Below are positions 53,112 to 64,000 of a stretch of 64,000 bases of DNA, one piece after another. This DNA is from the human T2T-CHM13v2.0 reference genome, Homo sapiens. Made by a program: the position numbers and the translations under genes. The first letter of the stretch is position 1. Each line of letters opens with the position of its first letter. The stretch lies in NCBI RefSeq assembly GCF_009914755.1, contig NC_060941.1. The stretch is one strand, 5' to 3'. Below the pieces are notes generated by a model. The model ran no database searches and had not been told where the DNA came from. It saw nothing but the letters and a program-made list of their open reading frames with translations.

Positions 53112-55505
53112 ATTCGTTGGAAACGGGATAATTTCAGCTGACTAAACAGAAGCAGTCTCAGAATCTTCTTTGTGATGTTTGCATTCAAATCCCAGAGTTG
53201 AACTTTCCTTTCCAAGTTCACGTTTGAAACACTCTTTTTGCAGGATCTGCAAGTGGATATTTGGACCACTCTGTGTCCTTCGTTCGAAACGGGTATATCT
53301 TCACATGACATCTAGACAGAAGCATTCTCAGAAGCTTCTCTGTGATGACTGCATTCAACTCACGGAGTTGAACACTCCTTTTGAGAGCGCAGTTTTGAAA
53401 CTCTCTTTCTGTGGCATCTGCAAGGGGACATGTAGACCTCTTTGAAGATTTCGTTGGAAACGGAATCATCTTCACATCAAAACTATACAGATGCATTCTC
53501 AGGAACTTTTTGGTGATGTTTGTATTCAACTCCCAGAGTTGAACTTTCCTTTGGAAAGAGCAGCTATGAAACACTCTTTTTCTAGAATCTGCAAGTGGAC
53601 GTTTGGAGGGCTTTGTGGTTTGTGGTGGAAAAGGAAATATCTTCACCTAAATACTAGATAGAAGCATTCTCAGAAACTGCTTTGTGATGATTGCATTCAC
53701 CTCACAGAGTTGAACATTCCTATTGATAGAGCAGTTTGGAAACACTCTTGTTGTGGAATGTGCAAGTGGAGATTTGGAGCGCTTTGAGGCCTATGGTAGT
53801 AAAGGGAATAGCTTCATAGAAAAACTAGACAGAAGCATTCTCAGAAAATACTTTGTGATGATTGAGTTGAACTCACAGAGCTGAACATTCCTTTGGATGG
53901 AGCAGGTTTGAGACACACTTTTTGTAGAATCTACAAGTGGATATTTGGACCTCTCTGAGGATTTCGTTGGAAACGGGATAACTGCACCTAACTAAACGGA
54001 AGCATTCTCAGAAACTTCTTGGTGATGTTTGCATTCAAATCCCAGAGTTGAACCTTCCTTTGAGAGTTCAGGTTTGAAACACTCTTTTTGTAGGATCTGC
54101 AAGTGGATATTTGGACCACTCTGTGGCCTTCGTTCGAAACGGGTACACCTTCGCATAAAATCTAGACAGAAGCCTTCTCAGAAACTTCTCTGTGATGATT
54201 GCATTCAACTCACAGAGTTGAACCCTCCTATGGATAGAGCAGTGTTGAAACTCTCTTTTTGTGGAATCTGCAAGCGGATATGTGGACCTCTCCGAAGATG
54301 TCTTTGGCAACGGGAATATCTTCACATAAAAACTAAACAGAAGCATTCTCAGAAACTTCTCTGTGATGTTTGTGTTCAACTCCCAGAGTTTCACATTGCT
54401 TCTCATAGAGTAGTTCTGAAACATGCTTTTCGTAGTGTCTGCAAGTGGACATTTGGAGCGCTTTCAGGCCTGTGGTGGAAAACGAATTATGGTCACATAA
54501 AAACTGGAGAGAAGCATTGTCAGAAACTTCTTTGTGATGATTGCATTCAAGTCACAGAGTTGAAGGTTCCTTTTCAAAGAGCAGTTTCCAATCACTCTTT
54601 CTGTGGAATCTGCAAGTGGATATTTGGACCTCTTTGAAGATTTCGTTGGAAACGGGAGAATCTTCACAGAAAAGCTAAACAGAAGCATTCTCAGAAACTT
54701 CTTTGTGATGCTTGCATTCAACTCACAGAGTTGAACTTTCCTTTCGAGAGAGAAGCTTTGAAACACTCTTTTTCCAGAATCTGCAAGTGGACATTTGGAG
54801 GGCTTTGAGGCCTGTGGTGGAAAAGGAATTATCTTCCCGTAAAAGCTAGATAGAAGCATTCTCAGAAACTACTTTGTGATGATTGCATTCAAGTCACAGA
54901 GTTGAACATTCCCTTTGACAGAGCAGTTTGGAAACTCTCTTTGTGTAGAATCTGCAAGTGGAGATATGGACCGCTTTGAGGCCTATGGTAGTAAAGGAAA
55001 TAGCTTCATATAAAAGCTAGACAGTAGCATTCACAGAAAACTCTTGGTGACGACTGAGTTTAACTCACAGAGCTGAACATTCCTTTGGATGGAGCAGTTT
55101 CGAAACACACTATCTGTAGAATGTGCAAGTGGATATGTGGGCCTCTCGGAGGATTTCGTTGGAAACGGGATAAACCGCACAGAACTAAACAGAAGCATTC
55201 TCAGAACCTTCTTCGTGATGTTTGCATTCAACTCACAGTGTTGAACCTTTCTTTGATAGTTCAGGTTTGAAACGGTCTTTCTGTAGAAACTGCAAGTAGA
55301 TATTTGGACCTCTCTGAGGATTTCGTTGGAAACGGGATAAACCGCACAGAACTAAAACAGAAGCATTCTCAGAACCCTCTTCGTGATGTTTGCATTCAAC
55401 TCACGGTGCTGAACCTTTCTTTGATAGTTCAGCTTTGAAACACTCTTTTTGTAGAAACTGCAAGTGGATATTTGGTCCTCTCTGAGGATTTCGTTGGAAA
55501 CGGGA
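53112..55505 (+). promoter_or_regulatory. CENP-B boxes of a representative 16-mer (8 intact 17-bp boxes per unit; pattern repeats in every HOR)
   Basis: Matches to nTTCGnnnnAnnCGGGn at 53112-53128, 53278-53294, 53962-53978, 54128-54144, 54641-54657, 55154-55170, 55321-55337 and 55489-55505. Two further B-type monomers have fixed degenerate boxes (TTTCGTTGGAAACGGAA ~53450; GTCTTTGGCAACGGGA ~54300). These are protein-binding sites, not promoters. Confidence 0.9.
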
Positions 55506-55698
55506 TAAACCGCACAGAACTAAACAGAAGCATTCTCAGAACCTTCTTCGTGATGTCTGCATTCAACTCACAGTGTGGAACCTTTCTTTGATAGTTCAGG
55601 TTTGAAACACTCTTTTTGTAGAAACTGCAAGGGGATCATTGCACTTCTTTGAGGCCTACCGTAGTAAAGGAGATAACTTCCTATAAAAAGAAGACAGA
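55026..55698 (+). repeat. Variable cluster P-Q-R-S: near-triplicated 167/168-bp monomers (representative copy)
   Basis: The segment CTCTCTGAGGATTTCGTTGGAAACGGGATAAACCGCACAGAACTAAA(A)CAGAAGCATTCTCAGAACC..TTCGTGATGT occurs three times at 167 and 168 bp spacing. P starts CATTCACAGAAAACTCTTGG; Q has AAACGGTCTTTCTG/AAGTAGAT; R has AACCCTCTT/CAGCTTTG/TTGGTCC; S has GATGTCTGC/GTGTGGAAC and ends in an A-type box. P/Q/R/S are my own labels. Confidence 0.9.
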
Positions 55699-58600
55699 AG
55701 CTTTCTCAGAAAATTCTTTGGGATGATTGAGTTGAGCAAACAGAGCTGAACACTCCTTGCGATGTAGCAGTTTAGAAACACACTTTCTGCAGAATCTGCA
55801 AGTGCATATGTGGACCTCTCTGAGGAATTCGTTGGAAACGGGATAATTTCAGCTGACTAAACAGAAGCAGTCTCAGAATCTTCTTTGTGATGTTTGCATT
55901 CAAATCCCAGAGTTGAACTTTCCTTTCCAAGTTCACGTTTGAAACACTCTTTTTGCAGGATCTACAAGTGGATATTTGGACCACTCTGTGTCCTTCGTTC
56001 GAAACGGGTATATCTTCACATGACATCTAGACAGAAGCATTCTCAGAAGCTTCTCTGTGATGACTGCATTCAACTCACGGAGTTGAACACTCCTTTTGAG
56101 AGCGCAGTTTTGAAACTCTCTTTCTGTGGCATCTGCAAGGGGACATGTAGACCTCTTTGAAGATTTCGTTGGAAACGGAATCATCTTCACATAAAAACTA
56201 TACAGATGCATTCTCAGGAACTTTTTGGTGATGTTTGTATTCAACTCCCAGAGTTGAACTTTCCTTTGGAAAGAGCAGCTATGAAACACTCTTTTTCTAG
56301 AATCTGCAAGTGGACGTTTGGAGGGCTTTGTGGTTTGTGGTGGAAAAGGAAATATCTTCACCTAAATACTAGATAGAAGCATTCTCAGAAACTGCTTTGT
56401 GATGATTGCATTCACCTCACAGAGTTGAACATTCCTATTGATAGAGCAGTTTGGAAACACTCTTGTTGTGGAATGTGCAAGTGGAGATTTGGAGCGCTTT
56501 GAGGCCTATGGTAGTAAAGGGAATAGCTTCATAGAAAAACTAGACAGAAGCATTCTCAGAGAATACTTTGTGATGATTGAGTTGAACTCACAGAGCTGAA
56601 CATTCCTTTGTATGGAGCAGGTTTGAGACACACTTTTTGTAGAATCTACAAGTGGATATTTGGACCTCTCTGAGGATTTCGTTGGAAACGGGATAACTGC
56701 ACCTAACTAAACGGAAGCATTCTCAGAAACTTCTTGATGATGTTTGCATTCAAATCCCAGAGTTGAACCTTCCTTTGAGAGTTCAGGTTTGAAACACTCT
56801 TTTTGTAGGATCTGCAAGTGGATATTTGGACCACTCTGTGGTCTTCGTTCGAAACGGGTACATCTTCGCATAAAATCTAGACAGAAGCCTTCTCAGAAAC
56901 TTCTCTGTGATGATTGCATTCAACTCACAGAGTTGAACCCTCCTATGGATAGAGCAGTGTTGAAACTCTCTTTTTGTGGAATCTGCAAGCGGATATGTGG
57001 ACCTCTCCGAAGATGTCTTTGGCAACGGGAATATCTTCACATAAAAACTAAACAGAAGCATTCTCAGAAACTTCTCTGTGATGTTTGTGTTCAACTCCCA
57101 GAGTTTCACATTGCTTCTCATAGAGTAGTTCTGAAACATGCTTTTCGTAGTGTCTGCAAGTGGACATTTGGAGCGCTTTCAGGCCTGTGGTGGAAAACGA
57201 ATTATGGTCACATAAAAACTGGAGAGAAGCATTGTCAGAAACTTCTTTGTGATGATTGCATTCAAGTCACAGAGTTGAAGGTTCCTTTTCAAAGAGCAGT
57301 TTCCAATCACTCTTTCTGAGGAATCTGCAAGTGGATATTTGGACCTCTTTGAAGATTTCGTTGGAAACGGGAGAATCTTCACAGAAAAGCTAAACAGAAG
57401 CATTCTCAGAAACTTCTTTGTGATGCTTGCATTCAACTCACAGAGTTGAACTTTCCTTTCGAGAGAGAAGCTTTGAAACACTCTTTTTCCAGAATCTGCA
57501 AGTGGACATTTGGAGGGCTTTGAGGCCTGTGGTGGAAAAGGAATTATCTTCCCGTAAAAGCTAGATAGAAGCATTCTCAGAAACTACTTTGTGATGATTG
57601 CATTCAAGTCAGAGAGTTGAACATTCCCTTTGACAGAGCAGTTTGGAAACTCTCTTTGTGTAGAATCTGCAAGTGGAGATATGGACCGCTTTGAGGCCTA
57701 TGGTAGTAAAGGAAATAGCTTCATATAAAAGCTAGACAGTAGCATTCACAGAAAACTCTTGGTGACGACTGAGTTTAACTCACAGAGCTGAACATTCCTT
57801 TGGATGGAGCAGTTTCGAAACACAGTATCTGTAGAATGTGCAAGTGGATATGTGGGCCTCTCTGAGGATTTCGTTGGAAACGGGATAAACCGCACAGAAC
57901 TAAACAGAAGCATTCTCAGAACCTTCTTCGTGATGTTTGCATTCAACTCACAGTGTTGAACCTTTCTTTGATAGTTCAGGTTTGAAACGGTCTTTCTGTA
58001 GAAACTGCAAGTAGATATTTGGACCTCTCTGAGGATTTCGTTGGAAACGGGATAAACCGCACAGAACTAAAACAGAAGCATTCTCAGAACCCTCTTCGTG
58101 ATGTTTGCATTCAACTCACGGTGCTGAACCTTTCTTTGATAGTTCAGCTTTGAAACACTCTTTTTGTAGAAACTGCAAGTGGATATTTGGTCCTCTCTGA
58201 GGATTTCGTTGGAAACGGGATAAACCGCACAGAACTAAACAGAAGCATTCTCAGAACCTTCTTCGTGATGTCTGCGTTCAACTCACTGTGTGGAACCTTT
58301 CTTTGATAGTTCAGGTTTGAAACACTCTTTTTGTAGAAACTGCAAGGGGATCCTTGCACTTCTTTGAGGCCTACCGTAGTAAAGGAGATAACTTCCTATA
58401 AAAAGAAGACAGAAGCTTTCTCAGAAAATTCTTTGGGATGATTGAGTTGAGCAAACAGAGCTGAACACTCCTTGCGATGTAGCAGTTTAGAAACACACTT
58501 TCTGCAGAATCTGCAAGTGCATATGTGGACCTCTCTGAGGAAATCGTTGGAAACGGGATAATTTCAGCTGACTAAACAGAAGCAGTCTCAGAATCTTCTT

Positions 58601-61600
58601 TGTGATGTTTGCATTCAAATCCCAGAGTTGAACTTTCCTTTCCAAGTTCACGTTTGAAACACTCTTTTTGCAGGATCTACAAGTGGATATTTGGACCACT
58701 CTGTGTCCTTCGTTCGAAACGGGTATATCTTCACATGACATCTAGACAGAAGCATTCTCAGAAGCTTCTCTGTGATGACTGCATTCAACTCACGGAGTTG
58801 AACACTCCTTTTGAGAGCGCAGTTTTGAAACTCTCTTTCTGTGGCATCTGCAAGGGGACATGTAGACCTCTTTGAAGATTTCGTTGGAAACGGAATCATC
58901 TTCACATAAAAACTATACAGATGCATTCTCAGGAACTTTTTGGTGATGTTTGTATTCAACTCCCAGAGTTGAACTTTCCTTTGGAAAGAGCAGCTATGAA
59001 ACACTCTTTTTCTAGAATCTGCAAGTGGACGTTTGGAGGGCTTTGTGGTTTGTGGTGGAAAAGGAAATATCTTCACCTAAATACTAGATAGAAGCATTCT
59101 CAGAAACTGCTTTGTGATGATTGCATTCACCTCACAGAGTTGAACATTCCTATTGATAGAGCAGTTTGGAAACACTCTTGTTGTGGAATGTGCAAGTGGA
59201 GATTTGGAGCGCTTTGAGGCCTATGGTAGTAAAGGGAATAGCTTCATAGAAAAACTAGACAGAAGCATTCTCAGAAAATAGTTTGTGATGATTGAGTTGA
59301 ACTCACAGAGCTGAACATTCCTTTGGATGGAGCAGGTTTGAGACACACTTTTTGTAGAATCTACAAGTGGATATTTGGACCTCTCTGAGGATTTCGTTGG
59401 AAACGGGATAACTGCACCTAACTAAACGGAAGCATTCTCAGAAACTTCTTGGTGATGTTTGCATTCAAATCCCAGAGTTGAACCTTCCTTTGAGAGTTCA
59501 GGTTTGAAACACTCTTTTTGTAGGATCTGCAAGTGGATATTTGGACCACTCTGTGGTCTTCGTTCGAAACGGGTACATCTTCGCATAAAATCTAGACAGA
59601 AGCCTTCTCAGAAACTTCTCTGTGATGATTGCATTCAACTCACAGAGTTGAACCCTCCTATGCATAGAGCAGTGTTGAAACTCTCTTTTTGTGGAATCTG
59701 CAAGCGGATATGTGGACCTCTCCGAAGATGTCTTTGGCAACGGGAATATCTTCACATAAAAACTAAACAGAAGCATTCTCAGAAACTTCTCTGTGATGTT
59801 TGTGTTCAACTCCCAGAGTTTCACATTGCTTCTCATAGAGTAGTTCTGAAACATGCTTTTCGTAGTGTCTGCAAGTGGACATTTGGAGCGCTTTCAGGCC
59901 TGTGGTGGAAAACGAATTATGGTCACATAAAAACTGGAGAGAAGCATTGTCAGAAACTTCTTTGTGATGATTGCATTCAAGTCACAGAGTTGAAGGTTCC
60001 TTTTCAAAGAGCAGTTTCCAATCACTCTTTCTGAGGAATCTGCAAGTGGATATTTGGACCTCTTTGAAGATTTCGTTGGAAACGGGAGAATCTTCACAGA
60101 AAAGCTAAACAGAAGCATTCTCAGAAACTTCTTTGTGATGCTTGCATTCAACTCACAGAGTTGAACTTTCCTTTCGAGAGAGAAGCTTTGAAACACTCTT
60201 TTTCCAGAATGTGCAAGTGGACATTTGGAGGGCTTTGAGGCCTCTGGTGGAAAAGGAATTATCTTCCCGTAAAAGCTAGATGGAAGCATTCTCAGAAACT
60301 ACTTTGTGATGATTGCATTCAAGTCACAGAGTTGAACATTCCCTTTGACAGAGCAGTTTGGAAACTCTCTTTGTGTAGAATCTGCAAGTGGAGATATGGA
60401 CCGCTTTGAGGCCTATGGTAGTAAAGGAAATAGCTTCATATAAAAGCTAGACAGTAGCATTCACAGAAAACTCTTGGTGACGACTGAGTTTAACTCACAG
60501 AGCTGAACATTCCTTTGGATGGAGCAGTTTCGAAACACAGTATTTGTAGAATGTGCAAGTGGATATGTGGGCCTCTCTGAGGATTTCGTTGGAAACGGGA
60601 TAAACCGCACAGAACTAAACAGAAGCATTCTCAGAACCTTCTTCGTGATGTTTGCATTCAACTCACAGTGTTGAACCTTTCTTTGATAGTTCAGGTTTGA
60701 AACGGTCTTTCTGTAGAAACTGCAAGTAGATATTTGGACCTCTCTGAGGATTTCGTTGGAAACGGGATAAACCGCACAGAACTAAAACAGAAGCATTCTC
60801 AGAACCCTCTTCGTGATGTTTGCATTCAACTCACGGTGCTGAACCTTTCTTTGATAGTTCAGCTTTGAAACACTCTTTTTGTAGAAACTGCAAGTGGATA
60901 TTTGGTCCTCTCTGAGGATTTCGTTGGAAACGGGATAAACCGCACAGAACTAAACAGAAGCATTCTCAGAACCTTCTTCGTGATGTCTGCATTCAACTCA
61001 CAGTGTGGAACCTTTCTTTGATAGTTCAGGTTTGAAACACTCTTTTTGTAGAAACTGCAAGGGGATCATTGCACTTCTTTGAGGCCTACCGTAGTAAAGG
61101 AGATAACTTCCTATAAAAAGAAGACAGAAGCTTTCTCAGAAAATTCTTTGGGATGATTGAGTTGAGCAAACAGAGCTGAACACTCCTTGCGATGTAGCAG
61201 TTTAGAAACACACTTTCTGCAGAATCTGCAAGTGCATATGTGGACCTCTCTGAGGAAATCGTTGGAAACGGGATAATTTCAGCTGACTAAACAGAAGCAG
61301 TCTCAGAATCTTCTTTGTGATGTTTGCATTCAAATCCCAGAGTTGAACTTTCCTTTCCAAGTTCACGTTTGAAACACTCTTTTTGCAGGATCTACAAGTG
61401 GATATTTGGACCACTCTGTGTCCTTCGTTCGAAACGGGTATAACTTCACATGACATCTAGACAGAAGCATTCTCAGAAGCTTCTCTGTGATGACTGCATT
61501 CAACTCACGGAGTTGAACACTCCTTTTGAGAGCGCAGTTTTGAAACTCTCTTTCTGTGGCATCTGCAAGGGGACATGTAGACCTCTTTGAAGATTTCGTT

Positions 61601-64000
61601 GGAAACGGAATCATCTTCACATAAAAACTATACAGATGCATTCTCAGGAACTTTTTGGTGATGTTTGTATTCAACTCCCAGAGTTGAACTTTCCTTTGGA
61701 AAGAGCAGCTATGAAACACTCTTTTTCTAGAATCTGCAAGTGGACGTTTGGAGGGCTTTGTGGTTTGTGGTGGAAAAGGAAATGTCTTCACCTAAATACT
61801 AGATAGAAGCATTCTCAGAAACTGCTTTGTGATGATTGCATTCACCTCACAGAGTTGAACATTCCTATTGATAGAGCAGTTTGGAAACACTCTTGTTGTG
61901 GAATGTGCAAGTGGAGATTTGGAGCGCTTTGAGGCCTATGGTAGTAAAGGGAATAGCTTCATAGAAAAACTAGACAGAAGCATTCTCAGAAAATACTTTG
62001 TGATGATTGAGTTGAACTCACAGAGCTGAACATTCCTTTGGATGGAGCAGGTTTGAGACACACTTTTTGTAGAATCTACAAGTGGATATTTGGACCTCTC
62101 TGAGGATTTCGTTGGAAACGGGATAACTGCACCTAACTAAACGGAAGCATTCTCAGAAACTTCTTGGTGATGTTTGCATTCAAATCCCAGAGTTGAACCT
62201 TCCTTTGAGAGTTCAGGTTTGAAACACTCTTTTTGTAGGATCTGCAAGTGGATATTTGGACCACTCTGTGGCCTTCGTTCGAAACGGGTACATCTTCGCA
62301 TAAAATCTAGACAGAAGCCTTCTCAGAAACTTCTCTGTGATGATTGCATTCAACTCACAGAGTTGAACCCTCCTATGGATAGAGCAGTGTTGAAACTCTC
62401 TTTTTGTGGAATCTGCAAGCGGATATGTGGACCTCTCCGAAGATGTCTTTGGCAACGGGAATATCTTCACATAAAAACTAAACAGAAGCATTCTCAGAAA
62501 CTTCTCTGTGATGTTTGTGTTCAACTCCCAGAATTTCACATTGCTTCTCATAGAGTAGTTCTGAAACATGCTTTTCGTAGTGTCTGCAAGTGGACATTTG
62601 GAGCGCTTTCAGGCCTGTGGTGGAAAGCGAATTATGGTCACATAAAAACTGGAGAGAAGCATTGTCAGAAACTTCTTTGTGATGATTGCATTCAAGTCAC
62701 AGAGTTGAAGGTTCCTTTTCAAAGAGCAGTTTCCAATCACTCTTTCTGTGGAATCTGCAAGTGGATATTTGGACCTCTTTGAAGATTTCGTTGGAAACGG
62801 GAGAATCTTCACAGAAAAGCTAAACAGAAGCATTCTCAGAAACTTCTTTGTGATGCTTGCATTCAACTCACAGAGTTGAACTTTCCTTTCGAGAGAGAAG
62901 CTTTGAAACACTCTTTTTCCAGAATCTGCAAGTGGACATTTGGAGGGCTTTGAGGCCTGTGGTGGAAAAGGAATTATCTTCCCGTAAAAGCTAGATAGAA
63001 GCATTCTCAGAAACTACTTTGTGATGATTGCATTCAAGTCACAGAGTTGAACATTCCCTTTGACAGAGCAGTTTGGAAACTCTCTTTGTGTAGAATCTGC
63101 AAGTGGAGATATGGACCGCTTTGAGGCCTATGGTAGTAAAGGAAATAGCTTCATATAAAAGCTAGACAGTAGCATTCACAGAAATCTCTTGGTGACGACT
63201 GAGTTTAACTCACAGAGCTGAACATTCCTTTGGATGGAGCAGTTTCGAAACACACTATTTGTAGAATGTGCAAGTGGATATGTGGGCCTCTCTGAGGATT
63301 TCGTTGGAAACGGGATAAACCGCACAGAACTAAACAGAAGCATTCTCAGAACCTTCTTCGTGATGTTTGCATTCAACTCACAGTGTTGAACCTTTCTTTG
63401 ATAGTTCAGGTTTGAAACGGTCTTTCTGTAGAAACTGCAAGTAGATATTTGGACCTCTCTGAGGATTTCGTTGGAAACGGGATAAACCGCACAGAATTAA
63501 AACAGAAGCATTCTCAGAACCCTCTTCGTGATGTTTGCATTCAACCCACGGTGCTGAACCTTTCTTTGATAGTTCAGCTTTGAAACACTCTTTTTGTAGA
63601 AACTGCAAGTGGATATTTGGTCCTCTCTGAGGATTTCGTTGGAAACTGGATAAACCGCACAGAACTAAACAGAAGCATTCTCAGAACCTTCTTCGTGATG
63701 TCTGCGTTCAACTCACAGTGTGGAACCTTTCTTTGATAGTTCAGGTTTGAAACACTCTTTTTGTAGAAACTGCAAGGGGATCATTGCACTTCTTTGAGGC
63801 CTACCGTAGTAAAGGAGATAACTTTCTACAAAAAGAAGACAGAAGCTTTCTCAGAAAATTCTTTGGGATGATTGAGTTGAGCAAACAGAGCTGAACACTC
63901 CTTGTGATGTAGCAGTTTAGAAACACACTTTCTGCAGAATCTGCAAGTGCATATGTGGACCTCTCTGAGGAATTCGTTGGAAACGGGATAATTTCAGCTG

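Larger units (their letters stand above)
44965..63969 (+). repeat. Seven highly homogeneous 16-monomer HORs (2,715 bp each)
   Basis: Exact 2,715-bp periodicity of the EcoRI position and of recurring ORF coordinates (47749, 50464, 53179, 55894, 58609). Shared TCTTTGGCAACGG allele in all seven units. Confidence 0.93.
1..64000 (+). repeat. D17Z1: Centromeric alpha-satellite higher-order repeat array, D17Z1-type (human chr17, SF3 pentameric family)
   Basis: Head-to-tail ~167-171 bp monomers (CATTCTCAGAAACTTCTTTGTGATG...TTTGAAACACTCTTTTTGTAGAATCTGCAAGTGGATATTTGG...) across the whole window in one orientation. CENP-B boxes and A-type (pJalpha) boxes form a BBBAA-derived pattern. One EcoRI position per unit (GAATTCGTTGGAAACGGGATAATTTCAGCTGACTAAACAGAAGCAGTCTC) at 958, 3840, 6387, 8963, 11508, 14055, 16602, 19149, 21696, 24245, 26794, 29342, 32057, 34773, 37489, 40205, 42585, 44965, (47680), 50395, 53110, 55825, (58540), (61255), 63970; bracketed sites are mutated. 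A 2.7-kb 16-mer with 15- and 14-mer variants is the established D17Z1 organisation. Alpha-satellite identity is essentially certain; the chromosome and species call is recognition only. Confidence 0.93.

Noticed and set aside
53-63608. More than 200 ORFs of 60-202 aa, including Cys/His-rich 202-aa ORFs resembling zinc-finger-like repeats
   Set aside because: They recur at the HOR period on both strands, have ~57-aa internal periodicity (171/3), and are freely broken by stops and frameshifts between copies (e.g. 17521, 38408, 41124). These are chance translations of alpha satellite with no evidence of coding.
1-64000. CRISPR-like pattern of conserved short motifs separated by variable sequence
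   Set aside because: The intervening sequences are homologous parts of satellite monomers, not unique spacers, and there are no cas genes.
1-64000. D17Z1 13-mer variant
   Set aside because: No unit of ~2.2 kb among the 24 intervals. Its absence here says nothing about the rest of the array.
1-64000. Transposon insertion (Alu/L1), inversion or non-satellite island
   Set aside because: Every inter-anchor distance is explained by whole monomers, 1-2 bp indels and the single 29-bp duplication. There are no poly(A) tails, target-site duplications or strand switches.
1-64000. A previously undescribed biological system
   Set aside because: Everything visible is explained by a known centromeric satellite family and its recombination and amplification dynamics. 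Function (CENP-A occupancy, transcription, methylation dip) cannot be read from the sequence alone.

Overview
The whole 64-kb window is one uninterrupted, single-orientation array of primate centromeric alpha satellite (~171-bp monomers) organised as a higher-order repeat (HOR). The pentamer-derived B-B-B-A-A monomer layout, the single EcoRI site per unit, the 2,715-bp 16-mer and the near-triplicated monomer match human chromosome 17 D17Z1 (suprachromosomal family 3, p17H8-type). This assignment is from recognition, not a database search. There are 24 complete units between EcoRI-position anchors at 958 and 63970: one 17-mer (2,882 bp; the partial first unit also has a 17-mer-type layout), ten 15-mers (2,545-2,549 bp, one with a 29-bp duplication), four 16-mers, two 14-mers (2,380 bp) and seven 16-mers (2,715 bp). 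All monomer-number variation maps to one hotspot, a run of near-identical 167/168-bp CENP-B-box monomers. The left ~22 kb is more diverged, carries a different SNV haplotype and has more damaged CENP-B boxes; the right side is homogeneous, which suggests an array edge or layer boundary. I see no genes, RNA genes, transposons or CRISPR arrays, and the ORF track is spurious satellite translation. I found no new biological system; the interesting signals are structural and evolutionary features of the satellite array.
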